From contig CM075989.1 in assembly GCA_038087875.1 (NCBI GenBank), positions 22,012,001 to 22,076,000 of the forward strand: a DNA stretch of 64,000 nucleotides, read 5' to 3'. The DNA is from Malacoraja senta (lineage: Eukaryota). Under the pieces are notes generated by a model, which saw only the letters and a list, made by a program, of their open reading frames with translations, searched no databases and had not been told where the DNA came from. Of this stretch, positions 24,448-36,912 are shown in pieces (within the stretch, counting starts at the first letter, position 1; the number at the start of each line of letters is the position of its first letter). A program made the position numbers and the translations under genes.

Positions 24448-24577
24448 GACTCAGTATTGCAAAGATTAAAGAAGGAAGCTTATCTGATAACAGATTCAAC
24501 GTCTGATAAATAATTCCAGTTAATTTGCTAACATCTCAAGACCTAACATAGTATTTGGAATTGTATAAAATCACTAC

Positions 24578-24897
24578 AGGGCAGCACAGTGGCAGAGTTA
24601 ATGCGTTACAATGCCAGAGACCAGGGTTTGATCCAGAATACGGGTGCTGTCTTTAGGGAGTTTTTTTATGTTCTCCCCGTGACCACGTGGGATTTCTCCG
24701 GGTGCTCCGGTTTCCTCCCACACTCCAAAAACGTACAGGTTTCTATGTTAATTGGCTTGGTAAAATTGTAAATTATCGCTAGTGTGTGTAGATTGCTGTT
24801 AATGTGCGGGGATCGCTGGTCGGCACGGACTCAGTGAGCTGAAGGGCCTATTTCCATGTTGTATCTCTAAATTAAACTAAACTAAACTAAACTAAAC
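24578..24897 (+). mobile_element. HE1-like V-SINE, full length
   Basis: head, V-domain, (CTAAA)n tail. Confidence 0.92.
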
Positions 24898-25715
24898 TTA
24901 AGAGTCACTGAAAGAAGCCTCTTCTCTACTCCATTACAGCGTTCAATATGAATGTCCATTCAAAATCTTGAAGTTAAAACTATTCTGGGTTGTTATCATT
25001 TTCTAACATTAGCCTCCTGATAGGTGCCAAGTTCTCTTTGCAGAAGAAAGTTAGCAAGCATTATCAGGTGTCTTACATCCTTAAATATGTCATGCATTCG
25101 GAATGTAACACGAAAGCAGACAATGATGCTAAAATGTTACATACTGATTTATGAACTTTTATATAGTACAAGAAAAAAAAATCAGCTCTGACAATAGATC
25201 ACTTGGGTAAATCAGAATATACTATTGAAATACCAAGCGTTTTCACTTTCATCCAAATATTGTATGAGCTGCAACTAGAAGGAATATATTTTCCTTTCAT
25301 TGAAAGGAAGATTTAATAAGGATTTTTTTTTTAATCAGTTGAACTTAACAAGCCAAATAAAACACAGTGCCAGTTCTTTGTGTGGGATTTGCAACCTCTG
25401 GTTTTGTTTGTGAAATAAATTGGACAACTATGAATCATTTTAAACAATGTTCCATTGACATTTCTGAAATAGCCGCTTTATTACTAAAGTCATTGATAAT
25501 CAGCATGTGATAGACACAAAATGCTGGAGCAACTCAGCGGGATAGGCAGCATCTCTGGAGAGGAGGAATGTGTGAAGTTTTTGGTTGAGACCCTACTTCA
25601 CACTGAGCTTCAGACTGAATTTTCAGACTCTACCCCCACCCCCCCCCCCCCCCATCACCAGGAAGGTCAGCCTTCCATTTCTTCCTCGACCGCAGAACCA
25701 GCCAATTTCATCCAC

Positions 25716-26058
25716 CATAGAGTCATAGAGTGATACAATGTGGAAACAGGCCCTTCGGCCCAAGTTGCCCACACCGGCCTACATGTTCCAGCTACTCTAG
25801 TCCAAACTCCCCGCGTTTGGTCCATATCCCTCCAAACCTGTACCTATCTAACTGTTTTTTAAATGTTGGGATAGTCCCTGCCTCAACTACCTCCTCTGGC
25901 AGCTTGTTCCATACACCCACCACCCTTTGTGTGAAAAAGTTACCCTTCAGATTCCTATTAATTCTTTTCCTCTTTACCTTAAACCTGTGTCCTCTGGTCC
26001 TCGATTCACCTACTCTGGGCAAGAGGCTCTGTGCATCTACCCGATCTATTCCTCTCAC
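25716..26058 (-). mobile_element. CR1 3' end (subfamily C, HER1-like; shares tail with the SINE)
   Basis: MRGIDRVDAQSLLPRVGESRTRGHRFKV...FFTQRVVGVWNKLPEEVVEAG. Confidence 0.92.
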
Positions 26059-26100
26059 ACCAACACTCTCCTCTGCCTAGAAGAGCTGGTCTTTTATTCC

Positions 26101-26236
26101 TCAGTCTGAAGAAGGGTCTCGACCCGAAACGTCACCCATTCCTTCTATCCAGAGATGCTGCCTGTCCCACTGAGTTACTCCAACATGTTGTGTCTATCTT
26201 CGGTGTAAACCAGCATCCGCAGTTCCTTCCTACACA
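26101..26236 (+). mobile_element. Penelope-like 3' end, consensus-like, with hammerhead core at 26106-26133
   Basis: CTGAAGA-A-GGGT-CTCG-ACCC-GAAAC-GTC; ends gttccttcctacaca. Confidence 0.85.
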
Positions 26237-26486
26237 TGATAATCAGCCTGTAATGTGTGCAGTATCTGAATCATAAATGTGTGCACCAGGTGCCAGATAA
26301 GGCTAGGTGGGAGCATTTTTATTTTAGGATGTTTGGGATTAGATCGCTCTGCAGAGGTTTGATCATAGAATCAGATCTAATAACAGTTCTAATAACACCA
26401 ACAGTGGTAAAAGATGCTGAATTATTTCGATGACTCGTTTTGCAAATCACAAAAGCGCTGGATGAACAACAGGGGATCAGGAGATA

Positions 26487-26770
26487 TCAAGAACCAGTGG
26501 ACATAGGTTTAAGGTGAGGAAGGGGAAAGATTTAATAGGAACCTGAGGGGCAACTTATTTACACAAAGGGTGGTGGGTGTATGGAACATGCTGCCAGAGG
26601 AGGTAGTTGAGGCTGGGACTATCCCAACTTTACAAAACATTTAGACAGGTACATGGATAGGACAGGTTTAGAGGGATATGGGTCAAACGCAGGCAGGTGG
26701 GACTAGTGTAGCTGGGTCATGTTGGGCCGAAGGGCCTGTGTCCCTGCTGTAAGATTATGCCTATGACTAC
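26487..26770 (+). mobile_element. CR1 3' end (subfamily C)
   Basis: inverted paralog of 25716-26058. Confidence 0.9.
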
Positions 26771-26829
26771 ATCGATGTTGGGAATGGACAGATGATGTTT
26801 CAGGCTGGGACCTATCTTCAGATTGAATA

Positions 26830-26961
26830 TGTAGGAAGGAACTGCAGATGCTGGTTTAAACAGAAGATAGACACAAAAAGCTGGAGTAACTCAGCAGGAC
26901 AGGCAGCATCTCTGGAGAGAAGGAATGCGTGACGTTTCAGGACAAGACCCTTCTTCAGACT
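26830..26961 (-). mobile_element. Penelope-like 3' end
   Basis: reverse complement of 26101-26236. Confidence 0.85.
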
Positions 26962-26994
26962 AAATGGTTTGATGAGTCATTTAGATGGTGTTTC

Positions 26995-27255
26995 AATTTA
27001 GTTTATTTTAGAAATACAGCATGGAAACAGGTCCTTCGGCCCACCCAGTCCATGCTGACCAACGATCGCCCGCACTCTAGTTGTATCCTACTCACACTAG
27101 GGACAATTTACACAAGCCAATTAGCCTACAAACCTGTACATCTCTGGAATGTGGGAGGAAACCAGAGCGCCTGGAGAAAACCCACGAGGTCATGGGGAGA
27201 ACGTACAAACTTTCTGCAGTCGTAGTCGGGATAGAACATGGGTCTCTGGCACTGT
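26995..27255 (-). mobile_element. HE1-like V-SINE (5'-truncated)
   Basis: tail and V-domain on reverse strand. Confidence 0.85.
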
Positions 27256-27532
27256 AATTGAAATGCGATCTGTTTTTCAGGTGAAGGATGTCGATCCAAT
27301 GGTAGTGGTGTGGAGTTTAAATTTTTGGACTAGAAACATGCGGCAACAATTGGGAACACTGAGATCAAATCTCAGCAAGGCAGCCGTGGAAGTTAAACTT
27401 AGTTGGAAATTTAAACAAAAATAGTCGCAAGTAATGATGGCACCACTAAAATTAAACCCCTCTCGTGCAACAATGTCCTTCATGACGAGGTTTGTTTTCC
27501 TCACTTTGTCTAGTCTATATCTGATGGCTTCC

Positions 27533-27832
27533 TTTATAGAGATACAGCGTAGAAACAGGCCCTTCAGCCCATCGAGTCTGCGCCGACCAGTGATCCCCGC
27601 ATACTAACACTATCCAAACAGTCCAGGGACAATTTACATTCATACCAAGCCAATTAGCCTACAAACCTGTACTTCTTTGGGGAGGAAGCCAGTGTTATTT
27701 GGGGGAAAAAACACGCAGGTCACAGGGAGAACGTACAAACTCCGTAGAGACAGCACCCGTAGTCAGGATCGAACCAGGGTCTCGCTAAGGGTTGTTGTAA
27801 GGCAGCAACTCTGCCGCTGTGCCACTGTGGTG
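27533..27832 (-). mobile_element. HE1-like V-SINE
   Basis: head, V-domain and tail on reverse strand. Confidence 0.88.
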
Positions 27833-28254
27833 CTTCATGCAGGGGAATCACCCAATATGCTGGTCATTTCAAGGATGGGTCAAGATGGGCAATAACATGT
27901 CAGATCCAGAAGAAATAACAGATGAGCAAAATACTTCAGCAAAGAAAAGCAAGTCATATTCCCGGACACACTGGCCTTCATTTGCCGCCTCTGTAGCAGA
28001 GAAGAACATCATGTCCCACTGAGTTACTCCAGCATTTTGTGTCTATCTGCAGTTCCTTCCTACATAGAAGAACACATTCTGGCCAATGCTACTTCAGATG
28101 TTCAAGTTAGCTCCCATGTCTCATATCTACATGGCAATAATATATCATAGGCTGTAAAGTCTTTTGTGACATCTATTCTAATCTATCGTGACATCTTGAG
28201 GTATTGAAAGTTCTCCAGAAGTGCCAAGCATTCCTTTCTGTTGAACATTGATCA

Positions 28255-28618
28255 GTTCAGTTCAGTTTAGTTTATTGTCACGTGTACCGAGGTACAGTGA
28301 AAAACTTTTGTTGTGTGCTATCCAGACAGCAGAAAGACAATACATAATTACAATCGAGCCATTTACAGTGTATCGATAGATGATAAGGGAATAACTTTTA
28401 GGGCAAGATAAAGCCAGTAAAGTCAGTTGAATGATAGTCCGAGGGTCACCAATGAGGTAGATAGTAGTTCAGGACTGCTCTCTGGTTGTGGTAGGATGAT
28501 TCAGTTGCCTGATAACAGCTGGGAAGAAACTGTCCTTGAATCTGGAGGTGTGCGTTTCCAAATTTCTATACCTTTTGCCTGATGGGAGAGGGGAGGCGAG
28601 GGAGTGGCTGGGGTGCAA
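28255..28618 (-). mobile_element. Rex1/Babar LINE ORF end plus 3' UTR (family 2)
   Basis: minus strand PLPSGKRYRNLETHTSRFKDSFFPAVIRQLN followed by the UTR. Confidence 0.88.
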
Positions 28619-28772
28619 TCTATCACTTGAATAGCCACATGTTTCTCAGATTATTTGGAGTAATGTGTGCAGTTATAGGCCCAATATCTGACCCGCTGAG
28701 TTACTCCAGCACATTGTGTCTTTTTTTGTAAACCAGCACTTGCAGTTCCTTGTGTCTACATTAATTTGATTG

Positions 28773-29110
28773 ACTTTAGACGTTAGACTTTAGAGATACA
28801 GTGCGGGAACAGGCCATTTGTCCCGCCGAGTCCGCACCAACCAGCAATCACCCGTACAATAACATTATCCGACACACTAGGGACAATTTCCAATTTTCAG
28901 AAGTCAATTAACCTACAAACCTGCACGTCTTTGGAGTGTGGGAGGAAACCAGAGCACTCGAAGAAACCATGCGCGGTCACGGGGAGAATGAACAAACTCC
29001 GTACAGACAGCACCCATAGTCAGGATCGAACCCGGATCTCCTGCGCTGTAATCAGGATCGAACCCGGGTCTCCGACGCTGTAAGGCAGCAACTCCACCGC
29101 CATGCAGCCC
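28773..29110 (-). mobile_element. HE1-like V-SINE with internal ~32-bp tandem duplication covering the B box
   Basis: tcaggatcgaacccgg.tctcc..cgctgtaa occurs twice (~29019-29083). Confidence 0.88.
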
Positions 29111-29421
29111 GTATGGTTTGAGCTTATTTTGTTCTCCTGAGTCATGCAAGTTTTACTAACATTTGGTCAGAGTTTACGACATTGCCTGCGCAGGTTTTAA
29201 TTGCTCGAGCAGGCAGCTGCATGGATTTACTTGCAAGCCTTGTGGCAGGGAAGCATTAGACAAATATTACCTTTGCAAATAAAACACATGTGAGAACCAC
29301 CACTCCGAATGCACATGGATGGATCATAAACAGGGATCGACTTGCATGTGAGAGCACACAAAGTCTGTTAAATGCATGCAGAAAAAACTATATAAAACAA
29401 AAAAAAATCTATTTAGAAAAA

Positions 29422-30031
29422 GGGCGCAGCGGTAGAGTTGCTGCCTCACAGTTGCAGAGACCCGGGTGCAGTTTGTACAGAGTTGGTACATTCTCCCCGT
29501 GACCTGCGTGGGTTTTCTCCTGGAGCTCTGGTTTCCTCCCACACTCCAAAGACGTACAGGTTTGTAGGCTAATTGGCTTGTTATAATTTTAAATTTTCCC
29601 TAGTGTGTGTGCGGGGATGGCTGGTCGCCACGGAGATTCTTCGGGCAGATCCAACCAGCTTTTGCCAAGGCATGGATTGATCAGAGATAGTCAACATACA
29701 CGGAGCATCGTACCTCATGAATCTCAGAGAGCTTTTTGAAGAGATAACCAAGATGACTACAGTATCAGAGATAGAGCGCGGAAACAGATCCTTCAGCCAA
29801 CTCAGTCTGTGCCGACCAGCGTCTATTTTTTCCCTCCCCCCCCCCACACACCCTGTACACTAACACTATCCTACTAGGGACAATTTACAATTATACCAAG
29901 CCAATTCGCCTGGAAGCCCGTACGGTGTAAACTCACGCAGGTCATGGGCGGGGAACGTACAAAGTGCGCAGACTCGGTGGGCCGAAGGGCCTGTTTCCAC
30001 GCTGTATCTCAAAACCAAACTAAACGAAACT
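29422..30031 (+). mobile_element. V-SINE (+) split by an insertion containing an opposite-strand SINE fragment (~29765-29965)
   Basis: body ends gctggtcgccacgga (~29634); tail resumes gactcggtgggccgaagggcc (~29971). Confidence 0.75.
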
Positions 30032-30661
30032 ATATAAGAGGAACCACAGCCACATTGATGTACGGTTACAACTGTGGGCAGCTCGGGCAGGCTCTGGTTC
30101 CTGACGGGTGATATTTAAATTGGCTGAAGGTTAGGAAATAAAAAAGGTATTAAAAAGCCCAAATGCAAAATCAATTTGACAGCTTGTCTGCAAAGTGATA
30201 CATTTCGTGGAAAATTACTATCAGCCAGCTTTAAAAAAGTACACATTTAATGGGTATATAAATTGCAGTTGACTGAATAAATAACTTGCACTTTGTTTTG
30301 GATTTATTGAGCACACTGATGTCAAGAAACCTCACTTACCACTGAACACACGACCAGTTTGCTTAAAAGCACATTTCTAACCATTTAATACAGCAATAAT
30401 GTGTACATATTTACATAGCACCTTCACTGAAGTAACACATAATAGTTTAACTTTCTATGAATCTCTGCACCAAATTATTAATTGTCTTCAGCTTTCCAAT
30501 ATCCAGGCTAGATATGTTCATTCTATGCATCCATAGCACACAAAGACTGATGGTACACATTGCAATTGGTGTGAATAAATGAGGGATCCTGCATACATCC
30601 AGCTCATTTTTGATTTCCTAAAACTGATATTTATAACCAAAATAAGAGATATACTGTATCA

Positions 30662-31153
30662 TGTGTAGGAAAGAACTGCAGATGCTGGTTTAAATCGAAG
30701 GTAGACACAAAATGCTGGAGTAACTTGGCGGGACAGGCAGCATCTATGGAGAGAAGGAATTGGTGACGTTTCTATATCGAAGAGATAAATGACAACATTT
30801 ATAGAATATTTTTACAGTGCAGACATTGAATCTTCTCTCTGACAATAGATGAAATGCTGCAATGATAATCAACGTCATCCTTTCTGGAAACTTGCATTAA
30901 AATCTTACTCTGACTTCTATCCCCATTCCTAATACTACAAGATTTTCTCCTCTTAAACAAAGCGAGAACAGCAGATAGACACAAAATGCTGGAGTAACTC
31001 AGCGGGACAGGCAGCATCTCTGGAGAGATGAAAATGGGTGATGTTTCAAGTGCCCAGTCCTTCTCTCCAGAGATGCTGCCTGTCCCGCTGAGTTACTACA
31101 GCATTTTGTGTCTGTCTTCAGTTTAAACCAGCATCTGTAGTTCCTTCCTACAC
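30662..31153. mobile_element. Penelope-like end (- 30662-30780) and fold-back copy (30974-31153)
   Basis: near-perfect inverted arms agacacaaaatgctggagtaactcagcgggacaggcagcatctctggagaga / reverse complement. Confidence 0.85.
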
Positions 31154-31254
31154 AAAGCCAGGACAGTTCCTGACAAAACATACTATTTTCATAGTTTCCT
31201 TTTACTTATTTTGGAAAGAGAAGTAAAAACCAGACAAGATTAAGGCAATAGCTA

Positions 31255-31905
31255 ATAGAAGTCTGACAGAGTTTGATGAGGTAGACATAAACAGATTCTT
31301 CCAATTGTGGAGAACATTAACATAAAGGGCATGTATGTAAGATGATTATTAATAAATCCTTAAGAGAATTCAGAAGAAAACGTTTTACTCAAAGACTGGT
31401 GAAAATGTGGAGTTAATTAGCACAAGAAGAGGAATAGATCGGGTAGACGCACAGAGTTCCCTTGCCCAGAGTAGAGGAATCGAGAACCAGGGGACATAGG
31501 TTTATGATGAGGGGGGAAATATGTGATAAGAATCTGAGTAGTAACTTTTCACACAAAGGGTGGTAGGTGTATGGAACGTGTTGCCGGAGGAGATAGTTGA
31601 GGCAGGGACTATCACAACATTTAAGAAACATTTGGACAGGTTCATGGATAGGACAGGTTTAGAGGGATATGCGCCAAACGCATGTAGGTGGGACTAGTGT
31701 GGATGGGACATGGTGGCCGGTGTGGGCAAGTTTGGCGCAAGAGCCTGTTTCCACGCTGTATGACTCTATATGACTCCAAGGAGCAGTTGATGCAAATAGC
31801 ATCAAGTGAAAACTGGACAAATACCTAAAGGAGAAGAAAGCCGATCATTGTGATTAAATTAGATGAAGTCGAGTTCAAGGAGACTCACATGGAGAGTAAA
31901 GAGTG
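31255..31905 (+). mobile_element. old CR1 3' fragment with a young CR1-C (~31430-31777) inserted
   Basis: old ..ttttactcaaagactggtgaaaatgtgg..ttagcacaag resumes caaggagcagttgatgcaaatagc after the young copy. Confidence 0.75.
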
Positions 31906-32057
31906 GCTCTGATCAAATCGTGAAAACGAACCAAAGAAAATGGAGTAAGTAAAATTGTTCAGCCTCTCGAACAAGCAGGGTCATGACAGGTCCAATTTTG
32001 GCCTCAACAACACTTTCCCACTCGAAGAGAGAACACTTTCCCACTTTCCACCTCTCC

Positions 32058-32192
32058 AACAGAGAGTTAGATTTAGCTCTTAGGGCTAACGGAATTGAGG
32101 GATATGGGGGGGAAAGCAGGAACGGGGTACTCATTTTGGATGAACCGTCATGATCATATTGAATGGTGGTGCTGGCTCGAAGGGCCGAAGGG
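32058..32192 (+). mobile_element. CR1 3' end (subfamily B)
   Basis: paralog of ~11763-11890. Confidence 0.8.
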
Positions 32193-32418
32193 CTGTATGT
32201 GCCGACAGTGGAACCATGACATTTTTACATGCAACAGCTTCAGGCTTGTGAATGTAATTCACACCAATAACATATAATAATTTTTTTAATCCATCAATTA
32301 ATAACCACCAATGTGAAAAAACACAAAGTCCAGAGTGCAATGAAATATACAGACCATAAATGTTCAGAGTTGCTGATGTTCACCTTGCGTTTGTCATCAT
32401 CATGACGTCATCGCACAA

Positions 32419-32639
32419 TGTGTAGGAAGGAACTGCAGATGCTGATTTACACTGAAGCCAGACACAAAAAGGTGGAGAAATCCCAAGGGTCAGGCAGCAG
32501 CTGTGGGGAAAAGGAATAGGTGGCGTATCAGGTTGAGAGGCTCTCAGCCTGAAGAAGGGTCTAGACCCGAAATGTCACCTATTTCTTTTCTCAGGAGATG
32601 CTGCCTGACCCACTGAGTTACTCCAGCTTTTTGTGTCTA
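32419..32639. mobile_element. fold-back Penelope-like mini-element
   Basis: arms inverted around tcag-c-ctgaagaagggtctagacccgaaa. Confidence 0.82.
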
Positions 32640-32680
32640 ACTCAATATACAGGTTGTACATTGTCACAATATGTCCATAG

Positions 32681-33186
32681 GTTCACAAGTGATTGGAGAA
32701 GAATTAAGCCATTCAGCCCATTAAGTCAACTCCGCCATTCAATCATGGCTGATCTATCTTTCCCTCTCAACCGTATTCTCCTGCCTCTCCCCATAACCCC
32801 TGACACCTGCACTAATCAAGAATCTATCTATCTCTGCCTTAAAAATATCCATTCTTGGCCTCCACAGCCTTCTGTGGCAATGAATTCCATATGTTGTGAT
32901 GTATGTAAACAAAGCCGTCACAAAAAATAACATTTCTACTTAATTCGTACCTACCTGCAATTGATTCCCACAGCGAATCTGCTAAGGTCATAAGTGATAA
33001 GAACAGAATTTGGCCATTCGATCCATCAAGTCTACTCCGCCATTCAATCACGGCAGATCTATCTCTCCCTCCTAACCCCATCCTCCTACCTTCTCCTCAT
33101 CACTCCAGGCACCCGTACTAATCAAGCATCTATCTATTTCTGCCTTAAGAATATTCTCTGACTTGGCCTCCACAGCCTTATGTGGC
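32681..33186 (-). mobile_element. two tandem CR1-A 3' ends (32681-32890, 32985-33186)
   Basis: conserved tail on reverse strand, twice. Confidence 0.85.
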
Positions 33187-34464
33187 TTAAACCACTTTGA
33201 ATCTCCAGGGGTCTTCGTGTCTCCCTGGCGTCTGAGAACACTTCGAGCCAGTCCTCGTTAAAACCCACCAAAAAGCTTCTCACATGTGCGTGTGCTCTCT
33301 CGATCATTCACGCGTAGCAGTGACATCATCGAACGCTACGCCTTGTGTGCATTAGCGTTTCAAACACATCGTAGACCTGGAAGGAAAGTGTGATGTGTAT
33401 GCTGCAGAACTTCTATAGAGGACACATGAGGCTTGTACTATACAGTAGAATCTCTGGCTTCCCATCTGTGCAGATGTAGATTCACACTGAATGTTCATCT
33501 TGTAATAATTACTGAATTGTGTTGTGCTTGGTGAAAAAGAACCGCCAGGTAAAATTATTTTACTGATTGCATCGGAATGGGTGATAATGGCTCCCCATCA
33601 TGTAGACAACTATTACTTGCGTCTAATTCAATTTTTAATGTGGCTAGCAGTGATAAAGGTGAGTAAAAGCACCACTTCGCACCACATTGCATAGATCTCT
33701 CCACTTGAGCATGGTATGATCTGCTATCAGCAACACCTTTTAATGATTTTCACTGTGAAATATCATTGGAAACCATGCAGAAAATTTAAATATGCTCTTT
33801 CTTCTGATTGAGAAATCAATGCAGATTTGCAAGCGATTTAAATCTTTGAACATAGCAATACGCACATTATAACTTTTGTGATCTTTCATTTTCTCTTGCC
33901 CATTTAGTTCAGGTTTTGTTTAGAGGCTAATTCATTCCAGGTATGAGCATTTTCCAGAGTGACATCTTACAGTATAACCGAGGACAGACACAAAAGGTTG
34001 GAGTAACTCAGCGGGTCAGTCAGGCAGCATCTCTGGAGAACATGAATAGGTGAAGTTTCGGCTCGAAACCCTTCTTCTTATAGCATAACATCAGGTATCA
34101 GACTTGACCTAAAATGTACTAATTCTCTAAACAATCTGAACAGTTATTTTCTTGCCATTCACATTAGTAAACGGAATTAGGCAATTGTTTACAGTGCAGA
34201 AAAATATAACACTTCCTGGAATAAATCAAGCAATGCAATTTTACAAGCGAGTGATGCTCCTTATGACAAACCCTTAAATAGTCTTTAATCAGAAGAAGAT
34301 TTAAAACTTACTGAAATGTACAATTTACACGAATAACATAAAAACAAAATTTTAAATGTGCCCCCTTGTCTCATTGTCTTGCTTGTTTGCAGTAAATAAG
34401 GGAACCCATATCATGAGTGTTCACTTTAAGATGAATTACTTAATTTTATAAGTTTACAGCTCAG

Positions 34465-34717
34465 TTATCATCAGTTCAGTTTATTGTCACGTGTACCAAG
34501 GTACAGTGAAAAGCTTTTGTTGCGTGCTAACCAGTCAGCTGAAAGACAATACATGATTACAATTGAGCCGTTATAGTGTATAGATACATGATAAGGGAAT
34601 AACGTTTAGTGCAAGGTGAAGCCAGCAAAATCTGGTCAAGGATAGTCTGAGGGACATCAAAGGGGTAGATAGTAGTTCAGCACTGCTCTCTGGTTGTGGT
34701 AGGATGATTCAGTTGCT
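34465..34717 (-). mobile_element. Rex1/Babar-type 3' UTR (family 2)
   Basis: paralog of 28255-28510. Confidence 0.8.
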
Positions 34718-34944
34718 TTATGATGATTCATTATCAAGTTTTGAGTATAATTATAAGATTGTGCCAATAATGTGAATGATGCAAAGGCATATAAAATCCG
34801 ATGAACATTGTGTCATTCACCTCCATCAGAGTCCCTGGGAACATCATTAGACAACTTTAAATGGGCATCCGCTGAGATTGCAAAGTACCCAAGTAGACTT
34901 CCATTGTTTACTGGCCATGGCCGCAAGACCACATGTAATTGCAG

Positions 34945-35152
34945 CAAATTGTGGAACGCAGCCCAGACCATCACACAAACCAACCTCCCTTCCATTGACT
35001 CCATTTATACCTCACGCTGCCTCGGCAAGGCCAGCAGCATAATCAAGGATGAGTCACACCCCCTCTTCTCCCCTCTCTCTTCTCCCCTCTCCCATCAGGC
35101 AAAAGGCACAGAGGTGTGAAAACGCATGCCTCCAGATTCAGGGCCAGTTTCT
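34945..35152 (+). mobile_element. Rex1/Babar ORF C-terminal fragment
   Basis: AAQTITQTNLPSIDSIYTSRCLGKASSIIKDESHP. Confidence 0.85.
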
Positions 35153-35154
35153 TC

Positions 35155-35335
35155 CGAAGATAGACACAAAAACCTGGAGAAACTCAAGTCCATTGTTAGC
35201 TGGTGTTGGGTAAGAATGAGAAGCTGTGCGACTTGGGTGGGGGAGGGATGGGAAGAGAGGGAATGCAGGGGTTACTTGAAGTTAGAAAAATCAAAACTCA
35301 TACCACTGGGTTGTAAGCTGCCCAAGCGAAATATG
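35155..35335 (-). mobile_element. deleted Penelope-like 3' end including GIY-YIG tail
   Basis: minus strand HISLGQLTT / GSLQPSGMSFDFSNFK, homologous to 22635-22700. Confidence 0.75.
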
Positions 35336-35393
35336 TCATCCAGTATTGTTATTTAACATGTTGCATATTGGCCCAATGTTCACCAACAGATAT

Positions 35394-35650
35394 AGTTTAG
35401 TTTAGTTTATTATTGCCGAGGTACTCTAAAAAACATTTGCTTGTGAGCCAGTCAAATAAAACACCACATGAATACAATCAAGCAACACAGGGCACGGTTA
35501 AAGGATCAATGGTACAACATTTACTGCAAGATAAAGTCCAATGAAAGACATCGGTCAAAAGTCTCCAATGAGGTAGATGGGAGGTCAGGACCGCTCTCCA
35601 GCTGATGAGAGGACGGTTCAATTGCTTGATAACAGCTGGGAAGAAACTGT
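35394..35650 (-). mobile_element. Rex1/Babar-type 3' end (family 2, diverged)
   Basis: SFFPAVIKQLN plus UTR. Confidence 0.75.
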
Positions 35651-36035
35651 GATTCTTAATTGGGATTACTAAAGGAATCCAAGTGTTTTTAACTCCATAA
35701 TAAATGTCCATTAGCAATCAGACTCTCAGTCCCCTGTTATTCATCACTAAACTGGTACCAAAACCCTACAGAGACATTCAGTGCATAAATTATTGGATGC
35801 TACAACTACCAAGCAATTCAGCAATTTATTTTAATGATGATATTTCTTCTTGTTTTCTCATTGGTTTTACTTTTCATACTTTCTCCACCGCTTATGTTTT
35901 AAAATTGTCCACGTCGCGAAAATGAATGGAAAATGTCTCATTGGGTGACATTTAAATATCATTGATGCATCTTTATGAAAATTATATCCACACAAGATTA
36001 CAATATACTTAAGGAATCAAATTTGATCTATCTCA

Positions 36036-36289
36036 CTGTCCCACTTACGTGATTTTTTCGGCGACTGCCGGCACCCGTCATAGTCGCAGCAGGTCGCCGA
36101 GATTTTTCAACACATTGAAAATCCAGCGACGACCATAAAAAAGTCGACTCTTTGGGTGACTACTTACGACCATACAGGTGACATGTCATACCTTTTTCTG
36201 GTCGCCGCTGGATTTTCAGCATGGCGACCTGCTGCGACTATGACGGGTGTCGACACTCGCCGAAAAAAACGCGTAAGTGGGACAGGCCC
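36036..36289. mobile_element. long-palindrome MITE, PIF/Harbinger-like
   Basis: ctgtcccacttacg...cgtaagtgggacag inverted arms of ~100 bp; right end GGGACAGGCCC followed by TTAA; CpG-rich. Confidence 0.8.
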
Positions 36290-36756
36290 TTAAATCTCTC
36301 AGAACAATGCTAGGTTCCTCCAGTTATCCTTTTCACAGTTCATTAAGTGACTCTAATGCAATTCCATTTAAACAGTTTTCTGTGTGTAAGAGTATTTTTG
36401 TTCCGAGTTTTACATCTTAATTTAACGTTTGTATTTACATACCTTGTGTTTGATTGCCATCATTTAATTTCAAGTGGCATTGCACATCCACCTTTTCTTT
36501 CCATTGATTCCTTAGATGCTTAGCTCACCAAGAAGATGTCTCTTCTGGAGGTCGGATATTCCAGCATTCCCCAGTCATTCCTCCCGATGTTAAGTCTTAT
36601 TTTGTGCAAGTTATTCTCCAGCGTTGTGTTTACCTTTCTGCTGTGAAGTTTTCACTGCTGAGTTGTAATGGCTTTAAACATTGAGCATTGACACTCGAGA
36701 GCACCAACTTCTCCTTCATTCTTGGTTATCACATAGAACAATGCAGTACAGACAAG

Positions 36757-36912
36757 ACATGATTACAATCGAGCCATTTACAGTGTATAGATACATGATA
36801 AGGGAATAATGTTTACTGCAAGGTAAAGCCAGTAAAGTCCGATCAAAGATAGTCCGAGGGTTACCAAGATAGTAGTTCAGGACTGCTCTCTAGTTGTGGT
36901 AGGATGATTCAA
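36757..36912 (-). mobile_element. Rex1/Babar-type 3' UTR fragment (family 2)
   Basis: catgattacaatcgagccatttacagtgtatagatacatgataagggaata. Confidence 0.75.
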
